Assembly (NCBI GenBank): GCA_965116875.1
Contig: OZ220733.1
Span: 1,728,001-1,792,000 of the forward strand
Source of the DNA: Candidatus Latescibacterota bacterium
GTDB taxonomy: Bacteria > Latescibacterota > UBA2968 > GCA-2709665
Direction of reading: 5' to 3'
Length of the DNA: 64,000 bases
Shown piece after piece: positions 56,448-64,000 of the stretch. Positions within the stretch are counted from its first letter, which is position 1, and the number at the start of each line of letters is the position of its first letter. The notes beneath the pieces are model-generated. The model saw nothing but the letters and a program-made list of their open reading frames with translations. It was not told the DNA's origin and did no database searches. The translations under genes and the position numbers were made by a program.

Positions 56448-58826
56448 TCACTCATACCGCAACGCGTCGACTGGATTGGTGCACGCAGCTCTCCAAGCCC
56501 GGTGACTCACGGTGGTCAACGCAATAAACAACGCCAGAAAACCACCCATGACAAAAGGCCAAACATCCAGATCTATGCGATATGCGAAATTCTGTAACCA
56601 CGCGTTCATTGCATAATATGCAATTGGCCACGCAATGAGATTCGCAAGTCCGATAAGCAGGACGAATTCTCTGGACAATAGCAGAACGACTGTGGAAACA
56701 GACGCTCCAAGGACCTTTCTGACGCCGATCTCCTTGATACGCTGTTGCGCGCTGAATGAAGCCAGACCAAACAGCCCAAGACTGGCAATAAGAATGGCGA
56801 GGAGAGAGAACAGTCCAAACAATTCGCCAATCTGTTGTTCTGCGCGATGCAGTTTGTCGTAATCGTCGTCCAAAAAGAAATAGTCGAACGGTGTATTCGG
56901 CGCAATTTCACCCCACTCTGCCTCCAGAATCCTGAGTGTACCTGCGATGTCATCAGAACGAATCCTGATAACGAAATACTCAAACCAAGTTTCCAGCGTT
57001 GTGATTATCAGAGGTTCGATTTCATGATGCAAAGACTGATAGTGAAAGTCCTTAACAACGCCGACAACCTTTCCTCTGTATTCTACCTCAATTTCGTTGC
57101 CCTGTGGCCATATTTTCTCCAATTCCTTACCAATGCACGAAGTCCAACCGAATTTTCGCCTGGCAGCTTGATTGAGGATAAGTTCGCCACGATTGTAACG
57201 CGAAATGTCTTTTGAGAATTCTCTGCCTTCTGTGAGTTCAAGTCCAAGTGTGGAGACGAATTCGTTGTCAGCCACGACCTTGTTAATCCCAAATCCATCC
57301 TCAGATGTGCCATCACCGGGAGACCGAAACAGACCGGTGGGAATTGGCCGACCAGGCAAACTTGAAGTCGTCGCAGTGCTCAATACATTTGTATACTCTG
57401 ACAATTTCGATTTGTATCGCTTTGTCGCTTGTATTCCGGGGTAAGGCAATACAACGACCTGTTCTTTATTGAAACCCAGTTTTTTGTTTCTGATGTAATC
57501 CGACTGATTGTAAACGACAATCGTCCCGACAATGAGAATTACCGAAATGGCAAATTGAAACACGACGAGGGATTTGCGTGAACCGGACTTCTGCAACCCT
57601 GTCTCCAGTGTGCCTTTTACGACCCTTGCTGGCTGAAATGCCGAGAGAATCAAGGCTGGATAAATCCCGGAAAGCGAACCTGCAAACAACGTTACCCCAA
57701 TCAAGACCAACAACACATGCAAAGTTCCCGCATAATCCAAATCCAATTTGCGGGATATAAGGGCGTTAAACGCAGGAAGTGAGACCTCAACAAGAACAAC
57801 CGCCAAAAATGAGGCAAACACCGCCAGCAGGATCGATTCACCCATAAACTGACGAAAAAGCTGTGAGCCGTTGGCGCCCACGACCTTTCGCATACTCACT
57901 TCTTTTGAGCGAGCCGTTGAGCGAGCCGTCGAGAGATTCGTAAAATTGACACAGGCCAATAGCAGCACAAAAAAGGCAATGATCAGGAAGAGATAGACAT
58001 AGCGAATATCGCTGTTGGAGCTCATTTCCCACTCCAGGCTGGAATTCAGATGAATATCAGCCAGTGGTTGCAGGAAGTAGCTGATTTGTAAACCTGCAGC
58101 TTTGGTCTGTCTCCCAATGTGCCTCTCGGTAAAATCAGGTAACTTCGTTTCTAACTCGTCAGCAGCACGGGTGTCTTGCAAGAGCAGATAGGTGTAATAA
58201 TCGTGGGCAATCCATTCCTTGCTCTTGATGGGCGATGCCAGAAAATCGAACGTTAAATGGGTATTGTGGGCGTGGTCCTCCAGAATACCAGTTATCTTGT
58301 ACGCTTCATCCTCCATTGCAAGCGTCTGCCCCATTGGATCCCGGTCGCCGAAATATTTCCACGCCATCTCTTGTGTGAGAACAATGGAATTGGGTTCCAG
58401 CAGTGCCGTTTGAGGATCCCCTTTGCCCAGTGGAAAATCAAAGACGTGGAAGACATTTGCATCGGTAAACAAGACATTACTTTCGTAGAAATGAACCTGC
58501 TGGTTTCCAACAAGCGTCTTTTCATTGGCTTTCAAAAAACGGACTGCATCTAACACTTCGGCATAGTCTTCGACAAGTGCAGGTCCCGTTGAAAATGGCG
58601 ACATGGCAACCTGACGCACGACCCCTGCGACCTTTGCGGTTGTAGCAAGCCGATAAATGCGGTTGGCGTTTTCATGGTGCCGGTCATAGCTCAGTTCATC
58701 CTGAACGTAGAGGAGAATGAGCATGCAGCAGGCCATGCCGATTGCAAGACCGAGGATATTGATGGCCGAAAATGTCTTGTTCCTCATTATGTTGCGAATG
58801 GCGACTTTCAGGTAATTCGCAATCAC
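56448..58826 (-). CDS. MacB/FtsX-family ABC permease, paralog 6 (more AT-rich)
   Basis: GTG start after AGGAGG; ends TNPVDALRYE. Confidence 0.93.
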   Translation of the reverse strand: MIANYLKVAIRNIMRNKTFSAINILGLAIGMACCMLILLYVQDELSYDRHHENANRIYRLATTAKVAGVVRQVAMSPFSTGPALVEDYAEVLDAVRFLKANEKTLVGNQQVHFYESNVLFTDANVFHVFDFPLGKGDPQTALLEPNSIVLTQEMAWKYFGDRDPMGQTLAMEDEAYKITGILEDHAHNTHLTFDFLASPIKSKEWIAHDYYTYLLLQDTRAADELETKLPDFTERHIGRQTKAAGLQISYFLQPLADIHLNSSLEWEMSSNSDIRYVYLFLIIAFFVLLLACVNFTNLSTARSTARSKEVSMRKVVGANGSQLFRQFMGESILLAVFASFLAVVLVEVSLPAFNALISRKLDLDYAGTLHVLLVLIGVTLFAGSLSGIYPALILSAFQPARVVKGTLETGLQKSGSRKSLVVFQFAISVILIVGTIVVYNQSDYIRNKKLGFNKEQVVVLPYPGIQATKRYKSKLSEYTNVLSTATTSSLPGRPIPTGLFRSPGDGTSEDGFGINKVVADNEFVSTLGLELTEGREFSKDISRYNRGELILNQAARRKFGWTSCIGKELEKIWPQGNEIEVEYRGKVVGVVKDFHYQSLHHEIEPLIITTLETWFEYFVIRIRSDDIAGTLRILEAEWGEIAPNTPFDYFFLDDDYDKLHRAEQQIGELFGLFSLLAILIASLGLFGLASFSAQQRIKEIGVRKVLGASVSTVVLLLSREFVLLIGLANLIAWPIAYYAMNAWLQNFAYRIDLDVWPFVMGGFLALFIALTTVSHRAWRAACTNPVDALRYE

Positions 58827-58839
58827 GTTGTGCTACCTC

Positions 58840-59403
58840 CTGCGGCTTCGTTATGCCCGGCTGCGACCGTAGCCGTCAAGCCAACGACGCGTCCGCGCAC
58901 GAGTTTGTCTATAAAGGCCATATGCTACACGTACGAGCGAGAAGACGGGAGATTCTTCGCTCCGCTACGAATGACATGACTTGCAATAACCATTGGCGAA
59001 ATGAACCGGCCAGATCTTCGCTCCGCTCTGAATGACACGCCGGCCGATAGCCGAGCACGATGCTTCCCGCTGTCGTCCTGAGGAAACCGGTCTGAGGGTA
59101 GGGCGGACATTCCTGTCTGCCTGCATCGCAGTCCGTCTGCGCTCTGGCTGTCATCCCGAGGAAGCCGAAAGGCAGGCGTTGGGTCCGCGCAGGGAAGCTT
59201 AGTGCGGGCATTTCGACAAGCTCAATGACCACGCGTCGACATGCGATTTTGACTCCGCTCTGAATGACATGCTGGCCGATAGCCGAGCACGATACTTCCC
59301 TCTGTCCTCCAGAGGACTTGCCCTGCTTGTGCTGAGCTTGTCGAAGCAAGCCTGTCGAAGGGGCCTGGGTGAGGGTGGGGCGGACATTCCTGTCTGCCCA
59401 CTC
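58840..59403. repeat. D/A/C composite repeat with empty IS target (58943-58944)
   Basis: Shared modules. Confidence 0.85.
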
Positions 59404-61794
59404 TCACTCATAACGCAGCGCGTCGACTGGATTCGCCCCCGCTGCTTTCCACGTCTTGTAGCCCACTGTAAGAAGCGCGATGCTCAGCGACAGCAATCCT
59501 CCAAGAAAAAATGTTGGGAACGCCGGATCGACCCGGTACGCGAAGTTCTCCAGCCACCTGTTCATTGCATAATAGGCAATCGGCCAGGCGACGAGATTGG
59601 CAATCCCGACAAGTACAACATATTCCCTGGACAAGAGCAAGACAACGTTGGTAACGGATGCCCCCACCGCTTTCCGGATACCAATTTCCTTGGTCCTTTG
59701 TTGCACGCTGATAGACGCCAGGCCGAACAGACCGAGACCCGCCACGACAATCGCCAGGATGGAAAACACGCCGAGAAGCGTCCCAAGTCGAGCTTCCGTA
59801 CGGTAAAGCTGATCGAAAGACGTGTCCAGGAACGAGTATTCAAACGGCGAATTCGGCGCTACTTCCCGCCACTGCGTTTTCAGGAAATCCAACGTGCCAG
59901 AAATGTCCTCCGGACGTATCCGGATCGACAGGTAGTTTACCCATCCCCTGTCTACCAGCATGATCACGAGCGGTTCGATTTCGTGATGCAGTGATTTGTA
60001 GTGAAAGTCCTTCACAACGCCCACGACGTCTCCCTGGACGTTCACTTTTAATTGACCGCCTTCCGGATAGACATGCGCCAGTTTTTTGTTTTCACAGGAC
60101 GTCCACCCCAATTTCCGCATGGCGGCGTCATTGAGCATGAATGTCCCGATTCGGTCGCTTCTGAATTCCTTCGAAAAGGCACGACCCTCCAATACTTCGA
60201 TTCCAAATGTCGAGATGAACCCGTGACCCGCGAATACCACGTTGAATACCGACGCATCGCTGCTGCGGCCCTCGATGACGGGGCGAAAGAAGTGACTTGC
60301 GATCATCCGACCAGGCACGGTCGACGAAGCAGAGGCGTCCAATACCGAACTGTATGGCGTCACCGCGTTCTTATATCGCTTCATGGCATCTGGATCACCG
60401 TAGGGCATTACGAGCACGTGCTCCTTTTGGAATCCCAATCGCATGTTGCGTACGAAACTCGCCTGGTCATAGACCACTGCCGTCCCAATCACAAGTACGA
60501 TTGAAATGGCAAACTGAACGACGACAAGCGTCCTTTGCAGACTCAGTTTGTTGGAACCGGCACGCGCCAAACCTTTCAATGCGGCAACCGGCTGAAAGGA
60601 GGAGAGAAACAGGGCGGGATAGCTACCGGACAGAACTCCTGTAAGCAGCACAATGCCAATGAAGCCCACCAGGAGTCCACTGCCTCGCAGATACTCAAGA
60701 TTCAGGCTACGTTCAGTAAAGGCACTAAACGTGGGTAGGGCAGTTTCGACGAACACGACGGCGACAACTGTGGAAATCGCAGCTGTAATGGTCGAATCGC
60801 CCAGAAACTGAAAAATCATCTGTCGTCGTTTTGCCCCGACCACTTTCCGCAGTCCCACCTCCCTAGACCGGTACGTGCAATGGGCGGTCGAAAGGATCGT
60901 ATAATTGATGCACCCCAGCAGCAACACAAAAAACGCGATTGCGACGAACAGGTAGATATATCTGATGTCCCCGTTTGCACTGACTTCATATTCCAGACTG
61001 GAATGCAAATGAATATCGGTCAACGTCTGCAGGAAGGGTTTCATCTGCACCCGCCTGGCTTTGTCTCTTTCGCGAAGATACCGCTCGACAAAATCGGGCA
61101 ATGCCCGCTCCAATTCGGACGCGGCATTTTTGTCTCTCAAGAGCAGATAGGTATAATAGCTGTGAGCAATCCAGCCGTCGTCGTCACTTTCTATGGGCGT
61201 TGCCAGAAAATCGAACTGTAAATGAGTGTTGTACGTGGGTTCTTCCAGGATGCCGGTTACCTTATACAATTTCCGGTCCACCGAGAGAGGCCGCCCGATC
61301 GGGTCGTCGCCGTCGAAGTACTTCCTGGCCATTGCTTCCGACAGCACGATGGAATACGGTTCCCGAAGCGCCGTCTGGGGATCTCCGTTGCTCAGTGGAA
61401 AATCGAAGACCCGAAGGATGTTCGAATCCGTGAACATTACGCCCGGCTCGTAAAAATGGTCGTCTCTGGTTTCAACCAGTGTTTTCTCGCCGATATCCCT
61501 GAAGAACCGCACGGCATCGACAACCATTGGATAGTCCTGCACGAGAGCCGGCCCCATCTGGAACGGCGTAACCGCAATACGATGCGTCTTCCCACTCACG
61601 CTGACCTCATCGGCAAGGCGAAATATCCGATCTGCGTTCTCGTGATGCCGGTCATAGCTCAGTTCATCCTGAACGTAGAGGAGAATGAGCATGCAACAGG
61701 CCATGCCGATTGCAAGACCGAGGATATTGATGGTGGAAAACAGCTTGTTTCTCAACAGGTTGCGAATGGCGACTTTCAGATAGTTCGCGATCAC
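59404..61794 (-). CDS. MacB/FtsX-family ABC permease, paralog 7
   Basis: GTG start after AGGAGG; C-terminus nearly identical to paralog 5. Confidence 0.93.
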   Translation of the reverse strand: MIANYLKVAIRNLLRNKLFSTINILGLAIGMACCMLILLYVQDELSYDRHHENADRIFRLADEVSVSGKTHRIAVTPFQMGPALVQDYPMVVDAVRFFRDIGEKTLVETRDDHFYEPGVMFTDSNILRVFDFPLSNGDPQTALREPYSIVLSEAMARKYFDGDDPIGRPLSVDRKLYKVTGILEEPTYNTHLQFDFLATPIESDDDGWIAHSYYTYLLLRDKNAASELERALPDFVERYLRERDKARRVQMKPFLQTLTDIHLHSSLEYEVSANGDIRYIYLFVAIAFFVLLLGCINYTILSTAHCTYRSREVGLRKVVGAKRRQMIFQFLGDSTITAAISTVVAVVFVETALPTFSAFTERSLNLEYLRGSGLLVGFIGIVLLTGVLSGSYPALFLSSFQPVAALKGLARAGSNKLSLQRTLVVVQFAISIVLVIGTAVVYDQASFVRNMRLGFQKEHVLVMPYGDPDAMKRYKNAVTPYSSVLDASASSTVPGRMIASHFFRPVIEGRSSDASVFNVVFAGHGFISTFGIEVLEGRAFSKEFRSDRIGTFMLNDAAMRKLGWTSCENKKLAHVYPEGGQLKVNVQGDVVGVVKDFHYKSLHHEIEPLVIMLVDRGWVNYLSIRIRPEDISGTLDFLKTQWREVAPNSPFEYSFLDTSFDQLYRTEARLGTLLGVFSILAIVVAGLGLFGLASISVQQRTKEIGIRKAVGASVTNVVLLLSREYVVLVGIANLVAWPIAYYAMNRWLENFAYRVDPAFPTFFLGGLLSLSIALLTVGYKTWKAAGANPVDALRYE

Positions 61795-61819
61795 GTTGGT
61801 ACCTCCTGTGTCGTCACCG

Positions 61820-62290
61820 GTTCGGCTTCGCTATGCCCGGCTGCGACCGAAGCTGTCAACCCATCGAAGCGTGCGCGCAGGGAAGCTTAGTGCGGGCATT
61901 TCGACAAGCTCAATGACCACGCGTCGACATGCGATTTTGACTCCGCTCTGAATGACACGCCGGCCGATAGCCGAGCACGATGCTTCCCGCTGTCGTCCTG
62001 AGGACTTGCCCTGCTTGTGCTGCTTGCACTGAGCCTGTCGAAGTGGCTCGTCGAAGCAAGCCTGTCGAAGGGGCCTGGATGAGGGTGGGGCGGACATTCC
62101 TGTCTGCCTGCATGTCGACGAAGCGTCCGCGCACGAGTTTGTCTACAAGAGCCATATGCTACACGTACGAGCCAGAAGACGGGAGATTCTTCGCTCCGCT
62201 ACGAATGACACGACTTGCAATAACCATTGGCGAAATGTATCGGTCAGATCTTCGCTCCGCTCTGAATGACATGACGTTCGATCGCCATCG
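61820..62290. repeat. C/D/A composite repeat with near-consensus empty IS target (62177-62178)
   Basis: Shared modules. Confidence 0.85.
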
Positions 62291-62367
62291 TTGATATGTA
62301 TCTGTCTCTCGTCGGCTTAGACTAAAATGGTGTGGGAGCCAAAGGGCTGACGAGGGGTCGCCCGCTC

Positions 62368-64000
62368 TTACTCATACCGCAGCGCGTCCACGGGATTCGC
62401 GCGGGCTGCCCGGGTGACCTGAAGGCTCACCGCCAGGAGCACCATGAGAAGCATGAGCCCGCCTCCCAGCAGAAACGTCCCGAGCCCCGGTTCCACGCGA
62501 TACGCAAAGTCTCGCAGCCAGCGCTCGGCCACGAAGTAGGTCGCTGGCCATGCGATCAGAGCGGCGATGCCGACGAGGACCACGTATTCCCTGGTCAGCA
62601 GAGACACGATCCGCGACGTCGGCGCGCCAAGGGTCTTCCGGATCCCGATTTCCTTGGTCCGCCTGGCCACAGTGAGCGACGTCAATCCGAAGGCGCCCAG
62701 GCAGGCGATGAATACCGCGAAAAGAGTCGCGTAACCCGCGATTCTGAACCACCGCTGTTCCTCACGGTATTGACGATCTATTTCCTCATCCAGGAAGTTA
62801 TGGTCAAACGGAACATTCGGTACGACTTCATCCCACTTCTCTCTCAGGAAATCCAGCGTGTCAAAGACGTTCTCCGGACGAATCCGAACCATCAGCAGGA
62901 CCCGGAAGTCCGGCATGGACCTGGCGGATGACGAGGACGCCTGCAATTTCAGCACCGCGGGCCCAATGGTGTGGTGAAGGGACCGGAAATGAAAATCACG
63001 GACGACGCCGATTACCGTTAATTCCTGCCCATCGATTCGAATCGTCTCACCGAGCGGTGATTCCCATCCGAGTCTCTTGGCGAGGGTTTCGTTGACAAGG
63101 ACCGACGTCTTCGCATCGTTTTCCCGTTCGAGATTCCTCCCGTCAGTTAGCCTGATGTTCATTGTTTCGAGAAGTCGCGAATCGCAGAAAATCCTTTCAA
63201 CACCTGCCAAAGTCGTCCCCTTCCAGCTTATGTGAGTATTGTTCCTCATAGAATTGCTAAGACCGTGTGATGTTCTCGTGGATTTCAATACGGAATGGTG
63301 TGGCCGGATTGCTTCCTCGAAGACATTAGCCAATTCCAATCTATCTGATATCCCTAATAGTCGAATGACGACAACATGGCTGGATTCGAAACCAAGCGGC
63401 ATTGATTTCCACGCGCTCATTTGTATTGATGCTATGGTCATGGCTGTCACCAGTGCTGTGGAGATGGCCAGTTGAAATACAAGGAGCGCGCGGCTGAAGG
63501 TCCCCACGCGATCCACCTTGAACCGACCTCTCAACGCATCGACCGGGAAAAAGCCCGACATGAACAACGCAGGGTAACCCCCGGCGAATACTCCCACGAC
63601 CAGCGCCATGACGAACAGAAACACGAGTGACTCAGAATTTCCAAGATCGGACAACGCGAATTTCCTGCTGACCAGGCTGTTGAAACCCGGCATGAACAGT
63701 TCGGCCAGTGCCACCCCGAGCGCGAACGCGATCAACGTCAGCAGGACCGATTCCGCGAGAAACTGCCTCACCAGTTGCGTACGCAGGCCCCCGGCCACCT
63801 TACGCATTCCGACTTCCCGGACACGGGAAAACGACCGGCCGACAGACAGATTCGTATAATTGACTCCCGCCACGACCAGCACGAGTAATGCAATGCCTCC
63901 CAGAAGATGTGAATGGACAGGATTGCCATCGGGGCGCGGTCCCATGCGCCTGCCATCAAAATAAATCTCTCCAAGCGGCTGCAACATCAGCTTACTCAGG
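62368..64000 (-). CDS. MacB/FtsX-family ABC permease, paralog 8 (5' part beyond window)
   Basis: LQPL...REVGMRK...RTKEIGIRK...ANPVDALRYE. Confidence 0.92.
   Translation of the reverse strand, partial: LSKLMLQPLGEIYFDGRRMGPRPDGNPVHSHLLGGIALLVLVVAGVNYTNLSVGRSFSRVREVGMRKVAGGLRTQLVRQFLAESVLLTLIAFALGVALAELFMPGFNSLVSRKFALSDLGNSESLVFLFVMALVVGVFAGGYPALFMSGFFPVDALRGRFKVDRVGTFSRALLVFQLAISTALVTAMTIASIQMSAWKSMPLGFESSHVVVIRLLGISDRLELANVFEEAIRPHHSVLKSTRTSHGLSNSMRNNTHISWKGTTLAGVERIFCDSRLLETMNIRLTDGRNLERENDAKTSVLVNETLAKRLGWESPLGETIRIDGQELTVIGVVRDFHFRSLHHTIGPAVLKLQASSSSARSMPDFRVLLMVRIRPENVFDTLDFLREKWDEVVPNVPFDHNFLDEEIDRQYREEQRWFRIAGYATLFAVFIACLGAFGLTSLTVARRTKEIGIRKTLGAPTSRIVSLLTREYVVLVGIAALIAWPATYFVAERWLRDFAYRVEPGLGTFLLGGGLMLLMVLLAVSLQVTRAARANPVDALRYE

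Noticed and set aside
50406-62368. Integron cassette array
   Set aside because: No tyrosine integrase and no consistent attC RYYYAAC...GTTRRRY boxes; the spacers are REP-like composites.
27606-64000. Diversity-generating retroelement acting on permease C-termini
   Set aside because: No reverse transcriptase, and differences between near-identical segments are not adenine-specific.

Overview
GC-rich bacterial window. Its catabolic content (many Gfo/Idh/MocA and PhyH enzymes, heparinase-like and BNR proteins) resembles Latescibacterota/Gemmatimonadota/Poribacteria-like genomes; that taxonomy is inference only. From left to right it holds: the end of an Fe/cobalamin ABC importer; an McrBC-like type IV restriction pair embedded in a ~379-bp tandem array of REP-like palindromes; an SDR/QueA-like/GAF-kinase/NarL cluster; a carbohydrate/oxidoreductase catabolic cluster; and a large minus-strand MacB/FtsX-type ABC exporter locus. 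That locus has eight ~790-aa permease paralogs, one ATPase, one HlyD adaptor, an ECF sigma factor and three sigma54 promoters with identical enhancer spacing. Intergenic DNA is dominated by mosaic elements built from several unrelated palindromic repeat families. The strongest signal is two diverged IS110-family (IS1111-like) elements inserted at the same AG core of one repeat module. Four empty target sites, sub-terminal inverted repeats, a circle-junction promoter and a downstream non-coding RNA with loops matching both target and donor (bridge/seekRNA-like) are all readable, and the two copies differ at one target-guide position.
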